The position numbers and the translations under genes are program-made. A stretch of DNA of 64,000 nt from an uncultured Acidobacteriota bacterium (GTDB taxonomy: Bacteria > Acidobacteriota > Vicinamibacteria > Vicinamibacterales > UBA2999), in contig CAWJVW010000007.1 in NCBI GenBank assembly GCA_963846425.1, positions 168,649 through 232,648 of the forward strand. Reading direction: 5' to 3'. Under the pieces are notes generated by a model, which saw only the letters and a list, made by a program, of their open reading frames with translations, did not search any database and was not told the origin of the DNA. Shown here piece by piece: positions 26,986 to 36,187 of the stretch. The stretch's first letter is position 1, and each line of letters begins with the position of its first letter.

Positions 26986-27660
26986 CTACTCCCGATCGGG
27001 GTCAACCGCAGCACCGCAAGTCAAATCGACCGGGCCCAGCTTCTCCACCAGAGCCGTCCAGGCATTGTCCCAACGCATCTCTCCATAGTACTGCGCGGGC
27101 CGCGATGAATACCCAAACTCATAGCTCGTCGGATCTTGACTATCGTGGATCGGGACGTGCGGGACCAGCTGATGCGCAAACTCGTGGGCAGCGCCACGCC
27201 CGATACCTCGCCCAATCGCTTCGACGATGGCCTGGCGATCCGCACCTGGCGGCGCGTGCGAGACGGCCTGGCTACCCAGCATCAGAAAGTTGACCTCTCC
27301 AGATCCTCCGATCGGTCTCAATACACGAGTCGCTCCAGCAGCGCCAGTACCGCGTCCCTCCGCGAATTGTTGGACCACGCGCACCCTGTGATGGGCCTCG
27401 CGGTAATCAGAAAATTCGATGCGCAGCCCCGCAAAGGCCGCCCGCAACTCGGACCACGCGATCCGTTCGATGGTTTGACGTTCCTCGGCCGTGAGCGGCC
27501 CGCCAAATCCAGCCGCCCTTAGATGCGGCAGGTCGAAGGTGACCTGGTCGAACCAGAATCCCGCTCGCGCGATGTGGTGCTGCGACCACCACTTCGCGCC
27601 ACCGTAAGTGGCCAGCATGGCGACGAGGGCGACGACGCTGATGATCTTGGCCGCGGGCAT
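26986..27660 (-). CDS. hypothetical membrane-anchored protein with an HExxH motif
   Basis: N-terminal anchor IISVVALVAMLATYG plus AAHEFAHQL. No further family recognised. Confidence 0.45.
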   Translation of the reverse strand: MPAAKIISVVALVAMLATYGGAKWWSQHHIARAGFWFDQVTFDLPHLRAAGFGGPLTAEERQTIERIAWSELRAAFAGLRIEFSDYREAHHRVRVVQQFAEGRGTGAAGATRVLRPIGGSGEVNFLMLGSQAVSHAPPGADRQAIVEAIGRGIGRGAAHEFAHQLVPHVPIHDSQDPTSYEFGYSSRPAQYYGEMRWDNAWTALVEKLGPVDLTCGAAVDPDRE

Positions 27661-27767
27661 ACGTGACGGTATGAGTCACAGGGATATCATGGAGTTCGGG
27701 AGCAGAATAGTCTCCCGGATCTTCCCGATCTCCCTGGGAATACGGCGACTCGGGTCGACTCCGGAAT

Positions 27768-30476
27768 TTATTGGCCGCCCGAAAACGCCCGCACCATGTC
27801 GTACCAGAAATCGAACGCGTCGTAAAAACTCCGGACGGGGATGCGCTCGTCACGCCCGTGTGCACGCACGTCATCCGGCTCAAAGAATATCGCCGATGCC
27901 CCATAGACCGGAATGCCGGCATTGCGCGCGTAAAGACCATCCGTGGCACCGGCCGACATCTCCGGAATCACCACCGCCCCGGGAAAATGTTGACCAGTGA
28001 GGCGTTCGAGGATGCTCATCACCCCTTGTGTCAACGGCGACGGCGGACTCGTTGTCGGCTCGCCCAGTCGACGCAGTGTGACTGTCTTGTCCGCGATCGC
28101 GTGCGTCAGTGCTCTCTCGACCTCCTCGAGACGCTCGCCTGGCAACACCCGACAATTGACCACAGCACGAGCGGTCTGTGGGAGCGCATTCTCGGCATGG
28201 CCGCCTTCGAGCATGGTGGCGACACAGGTCGTGCGCATGGCTGACCCGTACGAGGGATTGCCCGCGAGCCGTTCAATTGCGGCCGGGTCGGGCGGAGACT
28301 GTCCGGCGCGCCGCATGTCGGCCGCCTCGGGTCCCCCCAGTTCACCTGTACGACTCAGGTAGGTTCGGGTGACCTCGTTCAACTTCACAGGAAATTGATG
28401 TTTGGACAGGCGGCTCAGCGCGTGTGCGAGCTGATAAATGGCATTGTCGGGACGCGGCACCGAGCTGTGTCCTCCCGGGTTACGCACCTCGAGCTGATAG
28501 CTCACATACACTTTCTCGCTGGCTTGAACACCAAGCACCAGCCGCCGATCGCCTTGCAACATCCCATCGCCTGCGTCGGTATTCAACGCGAGTGCCGCCC
28601 GTTTCACATCCGGATCATTCGCCAGCAGCCAGCGAATACCATTCCCGGTTGTTTCTTCGTCCGCAGTGAGAACGATCACGATGTCGCGAACCGGCCGAAA
28701 GCCTTCGCGGCGCAACCGTATGACATTGGCGACGAGCATGGCCGCGCCGGCCTTGTTGTCGTGGGTCCCGCGGCCGTAGAAGTAACCATCTTTCTCGGTC
28801 AGGACAAAGGGATCGAGCGACCAATCGTCACGACGTGCGGGGACGACGTCGATGTGTGCCATCAACAGCAACGGGCCGCCTTCGCTCGCGCCGCTCGGCG
28901 CAGCGCCGCGAAGGCGGACGACAAGATTCCCCAGCCTTGGCTCGGCGCCGACGATCCGCACTTCGCCAGGGGTGAACCCTGCGGCCATGAGCCGCTTTGC
29001 CATCGCCTCCGCCCCCGCCCGCGGGTTGCCATCAGGCTCGGATGTGTCGATGGCGATCAGCTCACGAAAAATGTCGCGCGCGAGATCGCGATCCGCAGCA
29101 GACGCTCGGGTCTGTGCGATGGCAGCGGAAGGTGCGGCGATCGCGGTGGCGAGAACTGCCACGGACATCGCGCGACGGGCGCGTCGAATCCACACCCAAT
29201 ACACGGGCAGGCCCACCAGAACCATGCCCAGACCGATGGCGCTGTTCAGCGGATCGACACGAATCTGATTGGCGGCAATGGCCAGCGAGACGGCGGCGAA
29301 CGCGACAGGGATCACCGGCACTCCGGGCATGCGCCACTGCGGCCGGTACCCTGCCCGACCTCGAAGCAGCACGACGCCGATGGCCAGCAAGGCAAAGAAA
29401 ATCCACTCCGTGTAAATGACGCGAGTGAAGAGGTCCCGATACGTCCCCGTCAGCACAAGAATCGCCGCCCAGAACCCCTGCAGCACGATCGCGCGGCCTG
29501 GCGTTCGATTGGTGGGATGCACTGCCGCGGCCCACTTGAACAACAGGCCATCCTGCGCCATCGAGTAGTACACGCGCGGGCCCGCGAGGATGACGCCGTT
29601 CAAAGCACCAAACGCTGACAGCATCACGAGCGCCGACACGAAGCTGCCACCAGCAGGACCGACCAGGGCTTCGAACGTATCGGCCGCCACACGAGAGGAC
29701 GCGATTACGCGTTCGATGGGCAGTACCGACAGATACACGATGTTCAGCCCAACATAGCAGACGGTGACGATGAGGGTGCCGAGAACCAGCGCGCGAGGAA
29801 TCGTGCGCTCTGGATTCTTGGTTTCCTCCGCCGTGTAGGTCACCATGTGCCACCCCCCGAAGGCAAAGAGACCAGCGCCGACAGCGAGGAGAAAGTCACC
29901 GACGCCGAAATCAGCCGGGACAGTCGACGCGGCCACATTGCCAGGAGCCGGATCGAGAACCGACCCGACGACGATAATCGCCGCAACCGCAACAACCTTC
30001 ATCACGGTGAAGGCCGTCTGCACGCCGCTGCCAAACCGCACGCCCAGGTAGTTCACCGCGGACAGCACGAGGATCGCCGCGACGGCGACGCCGCGAAGCG
30101 AGGCGTCCCCCATGGGTACGAAGTACGCCGCGTAGCGCGCAAACACCGTCGCAATGGCGGCGGCGATGCCCGTGTGCATGCTCCAGAACATGGCCCAGCC
30201 CCACAGAAACCCGAGGGCAGGCGAGTAGATCTCGCGCAGGAACACATAAACACCACCGGTGCGCGGAAACGCCGACGACAGCTCCGCGCACACCAGCGCG
30301 CCGCCCATCGTCAACAGGCCTGCGGTCACCCACGCCAGCGTGACACCCCAGAGCGACGGCACTCTCGCCGTGATTTCTGAGGCCTGGACGAAGACAGAGG
30401 CCCCGATGATGATGCCCACGACGATGGCCGTCGCGTGAGGGAGGCCTATCGCGCGGGTGAGGACGCTTGATGACAT
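27768..30476 (-). CDS. APC-family amino-acid permease fused in frame to an M20/M25/M40 metallopeptidase
   Basis: aa 1-430: 12 TM helices and an APC N-terminus (GLPHATAIVVGIIIGASVF). aa 437-455: signal-like MSVAVLATAIAAPSAAIAQ. Remainder: LMAHIDVVP and YGRGTHDNKAG (M20). Confidence 0.75.
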   Translation of the reverse strand: MSSSVLTRAIGLPHATAIVVGIIIGASVFVQASEITARVPSLWGVTLAWVTAGLLTMGGALVCAELSSAFPRTGGVYVFLREIYSPALGFLWGWAMFWSMHTGIAAAIATVFARYAAYFVPMGDASLRGVAVAAILVLSAVNYLGVRFGSGVQTAFTVMKVVAVAAIIVVGSVLDPAPGNVAASTVPADFGVGDFLLAVGAGLFAFGGWHMVTYTAEETKNPERTIPRALVLGTLIVTVCYVGLNIVYLSVLPIERVIASSRVAADTFEALVGPAGGSFVSALVMLSAFGALNGVILAGPRVYYSMAQDGLLFKWAAAVHPTNRTPGRAIVLQGFWAAILVLTGTYRDLFTRVIYTEWIFFALLAIGVVLLRGRAGYRPQWRMPGVPVIPVAFAAVSLAIAANQIRVDPLNSAIGLGMVLVGLPVYWVWIRRARRAMSVAVLATAIAAPSAAIAQTRASAADRDLARDIFRELIAIDTSEPDGNPRAGAEAMAKRLMAAGFTPGEVRIVGAEPRLGNLVVRLRGAAPSGASEGGPLLLMAHIDVVPARRDDWSLDPFVLTEKDGYFYGRGTHDNKAGAAMLVANVIRLRREGFRPVRDIVIVLTADEETTGNGIRWLLANDPDVKRAALALNTDAGDGMLQGDRRLVLGVQASEKVYVSYQLEVRNPGGHSSVPRPDNAIYQLAHALSRLSKHQFPVKLNEVTRTYLSRTGELGGPEAADMRRAGQSPPDPAAIERLAGNPSYGSAMRTTCVATMLEGGHAENALPQTARAVVNCRVLPGERLEEVERALTHAIADKTVTLRRLGEPTTSPPSPLTQGVMSILERLTGQHFPGAVVIPEMSAGATDGLYARNAGIPVYGASAIFFEPDDVRAHGRDERIPVRSFYDAFDFWYDMVRAFSGGQ

Positions 30477-30505
30477 GGAGGGTGGCTCGCGCCACGTGAC
30501 AGGGC

Positions 30506-30606
30506 AAGGCCCTCGGTCTACGGTCCACGGCCGACGGTAGGCCCTCGGTCTATCTGTAGGAGCTGAGGGTGACCGGGGGTCGTGGGCCGGAGACCGTAGA
30601 CCTCAG
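30506..30606. repeat. direct plus inverted word repeat (GGCCCTCGGTCTA x2; GGTCTACGGTC / GACCGTAGACC)
   Basis: AGGCCCTCGGTCTA at about 30508 and 30539. Exact 11-mer inverted pair at about 30516 and 30592. Confidence 0.65.
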
Positions 30607-30608
30607 TG

Positions 30609-31418
30609 TCAGAGAGGATTATCCGGATACATCATCGTGCGCCACATGTGCGCCGTCTTGCTGTTATCGAACCCCAGCCCTTCCTTCGGCTGTTTGAAGT
30701 TTCGACCGATGATGTCGATGAACGGATCCAGAGACACCTGCACCCCTGGCTCGAAGGCATAGAGGTCGTTGACGGTGATGAGCCGCGCCTCCATATACCA
30801 CTTGTGCTTCTTGGCGAACTCGTACGCCTCTTTGATGTAGGGAGGCGGCACGTAGTCCTTGCCGTAAATGCGCGTGTAGAGCTCGGGGTACTCGTAGCCG
30901 ACGGACGAATCCGGATAGAACCGCAGGGCCTGGTGATAGCGTATGGCCCAACTGACCTTCTCGGACACGTACGGCTCGATCATCTGCGCGCCCCACCAGC
31001 CGTGATCGACCTTGATCAGGTTCTGCACGACGTCGTGCATCAGGCACGCCAGAATGACTTCCTCGCTCATGCCCGTCTTGAGCGCGCGTGTGGCGCTCTG
31101 AAGCACATGGTTGGCGGGCGCGAACCGGAGATTGAAGAAGTCGACCAGCGTCGGCTTGTCGGGCATGGGCGCGAGCACGGGCATCTTGCGATCGTCCTGA
31201 GGCCCCTGCGGCGTGAACAGGCTGCCGGCGCCACGCCGCACCGTCGCTTCGGGCGGAGCGGGGACCACCTGCCCCTCGGCGTGTCCGTGACCGAGCGACT
31301 CATCGAGCAGATCGCTCAGATGATGTTCGAGCGCCTCGGCTTTTGCTTCCGGACACATCGCATCGACGACTGCGGCCCCACCGAGTGATGCGATGAATGC
31401 TCTTCGATCGATCTCCAT
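30609..31418 (-). CDS. twin-arginine-signal protein with an HD-domain / MIOX-like di-iron oxygenase fold
   Basis: MEIDRRAFIASLGGAAVV. Candidate ligands HVLQSA, LMHDV, VDHGWWG, AIRYHQ and VNDLYAF, in the order seen in MIOX/PhnZ-type HD oxygenases. GGAGG Shine-Dalgarno before the ATG. Confidence 0.55.
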   Translation of the reverse strand: MEIDRRAFIASLGGAAVVDAMCPEAKAEALEHHLSDLLDESLGHGHAEGQVVPAPPEATVRRGAGSLFTPQGPQDDRKMPVLAPMPDKPTLVDFFNLRFAPANHVLQSATRALKTGMSEEVILACLMHDVVQNLIKVDHGWWGAQMIEPYVSEKVSWAIRYHQALRFYPDSSVGYEYPELYTRIYGKDYVPPPYIKEAYEFAKKHKWYMEARLITVNDLYAFEPGVQVSLDPFIDIIGRNFKQPKEGLGFDNSKTAHMWRTMMYPDNPL

Positions 31419-31438
31419 GTCGCCTCCACGATGAAAAG

Positions 31439-31522
31439 GCAGGTAAAGGCTGGTGAGGCCGGTTGAGCAGGTCAGAACTCGCGTTCCGTCTGCTCGACCT
31501 GCCCGACCTGCCCCACCTGCCT
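31439..31522. repeat. tandem-word inverted repeat (GGCAGGT-type / CSACCTGCC x3)
   Basis: Left arm GGCAGGTAAAGGCTGGTGAGGCCGGTTGAGCAGGTCAG. Right arm CGACCTGCCCGACCTGCCCCACCTGCC. Confidence 0.7.
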
Positions 31523-31546
31523 CCCGTCAGCCGTCCCGAGGTTCAG

Positions 31547-32707
31547 TTATGCAGCCTGAGCGGGGACGGCGAGAGCCTGCTCGAACACCTTGACGGCCTT
31601 CTGCATGTCCGCCAGCGTGCTGATGGAGATCCGACAGTGCGTCTTCTCGTACGGCGGGAAGTCCCGGCCGACCAGAATGCCCTGCTTCGCGCACGCCTCT
31701 CTGAAGCCGCGCGCCGGACGTTTGATGTCGACGAAGAGGAAGTTGGTCTGCGAATCGGTTGGCGTGTAGCCGTGATCCGTGAACCACTTCGCCGTGAACG
31801 TACGGGCCTCGGTGTTGCGGGCGCTCTCGGCTTTGAGGATGCTGGGATCCTGTGTCAGCGCCGCACGGGCCGCGCTGAGACCAAGCACGTTGACGGCGCC
31901 GTCAGCATCCCAGGTTCGCATTTTCGCAATCGAGTCGCGATGACCGACCGCGTAGCCGATACGGAGGCCGGCCATGCCGAACGCCTTCGAGAACGTGCGC
32001 GCGACGACCACGCGGGGATTCTCGATGGCCAGCGGAATCATTGTCTCGTAGCCGGGCATCGTCGCGTACTCGAAATACGCCTCGTCCACCAGTGTGGTGG
32101 TGGCTGGCGAGCTCTTGCCAAGTGCCGCGATGAAGTCACGCGTGGTCTTGCCGTCAACCGCGGTGGCAACCGGGTTGTTCGGATTGCAGAAAAACACCAT
32201 CCCGCCGCCCTTCGACGAATCGAGCAACGCCGGGACATCCATCTTGAGCTCCGGTGGGGCCGTGAGCTTCACGGTGCGGACCGGATAGCCCATGAGCGCC
32301 GCGTAGCCGGCGCACTCCTCGTACGCCGGAATCGGCGCGATGAGGGGCGCGGTCTTCGAGCAGAAGATATGTGTGGTCGTCCGCAGGATCTGCGTCGAGC
32401 CGGATCCGATCAGGACGTTTTCCGCCTTGATGCCATGCTTTTTGGCAATCAATTCGGTCACCTCGGCGGAGGTGGCGAACTGGTAACGCCCGAGCTCGCC
32501 AAAGCCGGCGCGCACGGCGTCGAGCACAGCCCGGCCCGGTCCCAGCGGATTTTCGTTGCTGGCCAGAATGATCGGCGAGCTCGTCTGCGCGTGGAGCGCC
32601 TCGAAGCCCAGGTCGAAGAGACCGGCTTCGCGACCGCGGCCCGCAACCCACATTCCGGCCGCGCCCGCGCCTACAGTCTGAACGAATCGACGTCGCGACA
32701 GCGACAT
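31547..32707 (-). CDS. class I/II (HisC-like) PLP aminotransferase with a twin-arginine signal
   Basis: MSLSRRRFVQTVGAGAAG, then SNENPLGP and TFSKAFGMAGLRIGY (PLP lysine). AAGGAGGA Shine-Dalgarno 8 nt before the ATG at 32707. Confidence 0.8.
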   Translation of the reverse strand: MSLSRRRFVQTVGAGAAGMWVAGRGREAGLFDLGFEALHAQTSSPIILASNENPLGPGRAVLDAVRAGFGELGRYQFATSAEVTELIAKKHGIKAENVLIGSGSTQILRTTTHIFCSKTAPLIAPIPAYEECAGYAALMGYPVRTVKLTAPPELKMDVPALLDSSKGGGMVFFCNPNNPVATAVDGKTTRDFIAALGKSSPATTTLVDEAYFEYATMPGYETMIPLAIENPRVVVARTFSKAFGMAGLRIGYAVGHRDSIAKMRTWDADGAVNVLGLSAARAALTQDPSILKAESARNTEARTFTAKWFTDHGYTPTDSQTNFLFVDIKRPARGFREACAKQGILVGRDFPPYEKTHCRISISTLADMQKAVKVFEQALAVPAQAA

Positions 32708-32743
32708 GGTTGAATCCTCCTTCATCTTCATCGATGTCCCTGT

Positions 32744-33934
32744 TTACCGCCGCCCCTGGTTCGCCGTATTCGTCGTCGACGCCAGGACCTTCTTGAAGAC
32801 GCCGACCGCACGCTCCATCTCCTGCTGCGTCCCGATGGAGATGCGGCAATGTGTCTTCTCGTAGGGCGGGAAATCGCGCCCGACCAGTACGCCCGCCGTG
32901 CGGCAGGCATCGCGGAAGGCCGCGGCCGGACGGTTGATATTGACGAAGATGAAGTTGGTCTGCGAGTCGGTCGCCTTGAACCCCATCTGCTCGAACGCCT
33001 TCACCGTCATCGCCTTGACCGAGGTGTTGCGCGCGCGCTCCTGATCGATATGCGGCTGATGCCCGAGCGCCACTGTCGCCGCCTTGATTGCCGGCAGGTT
33101 CACCGCGTAGGGCATCCGGAATTCGTTCAGCCGCTTGATGACTTCAGCGTCGCCGACTGCGTACCCGACTCGGAGTCCCGCCATGCCGTAGGCCTTCGAG
33201 AACGTTCGCGTGACGAACACCTTGGGAGTGCTCTTCGCAATGTCCATCGCGCTCTTATAGGCAGGGTCGGTGACGTAGTCGTGATACGCCTCATCTATCA
33301 GAATCACGGTGTCGGGTGAAGCCGCCCGTACTCGCTTGACGAAATCGGCTACGGCTGGGGCGCCATGAACGGTCGCCGTTGGATTGTTCGGATTGCAGAA
33401 GAACACAAGGCCGGCGCCCTTGGAGGCTTCCACGAGCTTGTCGAGATCGATCCGCAGGTTCTGATCGAGGTCGACCGCCTTGACTTCGGTGCCAATCTTC
33501 GCCGCGGTGTCGCGAGGATTCTCGAAGGTCGGCCATGCGAGGGCCAGCGGCTTGGTGGGCGAGGTAAAGGCGCGAACCGAATTCGACAGGATTTCGCCTG
33601 AACCCGGACCCAGCACCACCTGATTCTCTGCAACTCCCGCTTTGGCGGCGAGGGCCTTGACCAGGACCGGCTCGCGCTCGACGGCGTTGAAGGGATAGCG
33701 GCCGGCTTCGGGAAACTTGCCGACAATGACGTCGACTACGTGCTGCCCGGGGCCGAGAGGATTCTCGTTACTGGCAATGCGAATGACGTTCGAGCTGGCG
33801 GACACGCGCTGTTGCTGCGCGACCTCCAGTGAACCTTCGGCTACGGCTGCTTCGCGGCCCCGCCCAGCAATCCACTCACCGTTGAGTGGTGCCGAGCCAA
33901 ACCGCTGGAACAGTCGCCGACGGGACAGCGACAT
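32744..33934 (-). CDS. class I/II (HisC-like) PLP aminotransferase with a twin-arginine-like signal, tandem paralogue
   Basis: MSLSRRRLFQRFGSAP, then SNENPLGP and TFSKAYGMAGLRVGY. AAGGAGGA Shine-Dalgarno before the ATG at 33934. Confidence 0.8.
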   Translation of the reverse strand: MSLSRRRLFQRFGSAPLNGEWIAGRGREAAVAEGSLEVAQQQRVSASSNVIRIASNENPLGPGQHVVDVIVGKFPEAGRYPFNAVEREPVLVKALAAKAGVAENQVVLGPGSGEILSNSVRAFTSPTKPLALAWPTFENPRDTAAKIGTEVKAVDLDQNLRIDLDKLVEASKGAGLVFFCNPNNPTATVHGAPAVADFVKRVRAASPDTVILIDEAYHDYVTDPAYKSAMDIAKSTPKVFVTRTFSKAYGMAGLRVGYAVGDAEVIKRLNEFRMPYAVNLPAIKAATVALGHQPHIDQERARNTSVKAMTVKAFEQMGFKATDSQTNFIFVNINRPAAAFRDACRTAGVLVGRDFPPYEKTHCRISIGTQQEMERAVGVFKKVLASTTNTANQGRR

Positions 33935-34103
33935 GGGTCTCCTCCTTGCACTTGAGTTAGGCGACTCGCGCGTCGCCAACCGGCGTGGACGACGCGGCCG
34001 TCGCCCTCTATTGCCTAAACGGTCAGATTTTACACGCTCCGCGTGAGATGCAGAAGCAAATCATCTTCATACCAGTCAGCAATTTGTCTCCATTTGTCAC
34101 TGG

Positions 34104-34154
34104 GGGACAGTCCCTGTCATCGAGGGACAGTCCCTGTAACGGCGGGACAGTCCC
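34104..34154. repeat. three copies of the palindrome GGGACAGTCCC at exact 20-bp spacing
   Basis: Copies at 34104, 34124 and 34144. The first two extend to GGGACAGTCCCTGT. Confidence 0.85.
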
Positions 34155-34164
34155 CTTTTGGGCC

Positions 34165-36153
34165 TTAGCTGGGACGATCGGTGGGTCCCTCCGTCAGCAG
34201 CGCCCGCGCAAGCATCACGTCGGTGTCATCTCCCAGCAGAAACACGTCGTCGCCACTTTCGAGCCGGAAAGAGCCGTGAGGCGACGTGGTCGTGCCGCTC
34301 TGCCGCCGCACGGCAAGCACCGTGGCGCCGGTCCTCGCTCGGATGTCAAGCTCCTGCAGGGTTCGTCCGGCCGCCCACGCACCTGAGCCCAGCCGGAAGC
34401 TCGACACCGGCGCATCCATGATTTCACGCGGCATCTGGTCCAGTGGAATAGCCGGCGCGCGCGACGAGCGTCCAGTTGGAGTGCCCAGGACACGACGATA
34501 GTTATCCACCAGCGTTTCCACGACATTCCCTGGGATGTGCAAGCGTGCCAGCAACTGCGACAGTACCTCGAGCGAGGCTTCGAGCTCCTCGGCAACCGCC
34601 AGCGTCGCCCCTGCTCGCGCGAGCCGCTCGGCCTCGAGCCGATAGCGCGTCCGCAGAATCATGATGACCTCCGGATTGATCGCTCGAACAGATCGCAAGG
34701 CGCGCTCCGACGCATCGGGGTCGCTCAACACCGCGACGACCGCGGCGGCGTGTTCGACACCGGCGGCCTTGAGCGGTTCGGGGGCTGAGACGTCCGCATA
34801 GTGAATGTTCACGCCACGCGCCAGCGCGCTGCGCACCGTCGCGCCGTTGAGTTCCAGCACGACGTGCGGCACAGAAAGCTCAGCAAGCGACTGCGCGACA
34901 AGTTGCCCGCCAACGCCGTAGCCAAGGATGACGACATGATCGCGGAGCTGTTCTTTCCCCTCAGCCAGGCTCGAAGGTTCCTGCAATCGGCCGCGTGACA
35001 AGCGCGCAGCGAGCTCAGGCGCTGCACCGATGAGAAACGGCGTGAGCACCATCGTCACGACGCTTGCCCCCAGCAGGACTTGCCACCAGTCGGCCGTGAT
35101 GACACCGCCTTCAAGAGCGGCCCGTCCCAACACGAACGAGAATTCACCGACCTGTGCGAGGGCCAGCGCCGATGCCAGCGCGACGCGAGCAGGCGCGCCC
35201 GTCAACGCAAGCCCGCCGGCCGCCACGCCGGTCTTGACCGCGATGATGGCCGCACCCACTGCCAGCACGATAGGCAGCACGGGCAACATCGCCCGCACGT
35301 CGATCAACATGCCGACGGAGATGAAAAAAAGACTTGCGAGGAGATCGCGGAGGGGCCTGACATCTGCGTGAACCTGGTGGCTGAATTCGCCCTCTGCGAG
35401 GATGAGGCCCGCGAGAAACGCGCCCGCTGCCATCGACAGGCCAAGCAGCGCGGCCAGATACGCCGTACCCACGCTGGCGAGCAGCACCGAAAGCGCAAAC
35501 GCTTCGCGCGACAACGCGGCGGCAATTCGAAGGAGGCGAGGCAACAAAACGCGACCCAGGAGCAGCACGCCGCCTCCCACGATCGCAAGTTTCAACAATG
35601 CGGCGCCAATGTCTCCTTGCGGCTGTCCCTCACCACTCAGTAGCGCCGGCGCCGCTGCGAGTACCGCAATCACGACAAGGTCCTGCAGCAGGAGCACGCC
35701 GATCGTCAGACGTCCGTGGGGCGTGTGCAAATAGTTCTTACGCGCGAGCTCTTTCAGCACGACAGCTGTACTGGACAGCGCAACGAACAAACCCACGACC
35801 GCTACCCGCGTCATCGACCCGCCTGCCGCGAGCAGGACGACTGTTCCCGTCACCGCAGTAGTCAGTGCGACTTGCGCCAGGCCCCCTGGGAGAATCGTGC
35901 GCCACATCCGGCGTAGATCGTTCAGGGAGAACTCGAGACCTGCAGTGAATAGCAGCAAGGCCACGCCGATTTCCGCCATCAGGTCGACGTCTTCTTGCGA
36001 GGTCATCAAGGCGATCCCCGCCGGACCTGCAATTACTCCCGCGACAATCAGTGCGACGATTGACGGCACGCGCAGACGCGCGGCGATCAACAACAACGCG
36101 ACCGCCAGCGCATAGACGAGGACGAGTTCTTGCAAGATGCCGTGCGCATCCAC
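34165..36153 (-). CDS. CPA2 (Kef-type) monovalent cation:proton antiporter with C-terminal RCK (TrkA-N and TrkA-C) domains
   Basis: Polytopic N-terminal exchanger domain, VVILGYGVGG Rossmann motif and a TrkA-C-like tail. Confidence 0.8.
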   Translation of the reverse strand: MDAHGILQELVLVYALAVALLLIAARLRVPSIVALIVAGVIAGPAGIALMTSQEDVDLMAEIGVALLLFTAGLEFSLNDLRRMWRTILPGGLAQVALTTAVTGTVVLLAAGGSMTRVAVVGLFVALSSTAVVLKELARKNYLHTPHGRLTIGVLLLQDLVVIAVLAAAPALLSGEGQPQGDIGAALLKLAIVGGGVLLLGRVLLPRLLRIAAALSREAFALSVLLASVGTAYLAALLGLSMAAGAFLAGLILAEGEFSHQVHADVRPLRDLLASLFFISVGMLIDVRAMLPVLPIVLAVGAAIIAVKTGVAAGGLALTGAPARVALASALALAQVGEFSFVLGRAALEGGVITADWWQVLLGASVVTMVLTPFLIGAAPELAARLSRGRLQEPSSLAEGKEQLRDHVVILGYGVGGQLVAQSLAELSVPHVVLELNGATVRSALARGVNIHYADVSAPEPLKAAGVEHAAAVVAVLSDPDASERALRSVRAINPEVIMILRTRYRLEAERLARAGATLAVAEELEASLEVLSQLLARLHIPGNVVETLVDNYRRVLGTPTGRSSRAPAIPLDQMPREIMDAPVSSFRLGSGAWAAGRTLQELDIRARTGATVLAVRRQSGTTTSPHGSFRLESGDDVFLLGDDTDVMLARALLTEGPTDRPS

Positions 36154-36187
36154 GTGCGTACTTTACAGGAAGCGATAAGCTCACTGC

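Noticed and set aside
31463-32713. Long antisense ORFs opposite well-supported genes. Examples: 31463..32713 (+, 416 aa), 28395..29618 (+), 12371..13267 (+), 10895..11815 (+), 22913..23863 (+), 39999..40934 (+), 45486..46208 (-), 53747..54655 (-).
   Set aside because: These are typical shadow ORFs of a high-GC genome. They are Arg/Ala/Gly/Pro-rich with no recognisable motifs, and each lies fully inside a gene on the other strand that has clear family signatures.
34040-34075. Possible sigma-54 (-24/-12) promoter, TGG…TTGC, between the triple palindrome and the aminotransferase gene.
   Set aside because: The GG-to-GC spacing is about 15 nt instead of the required 10-11 nt.
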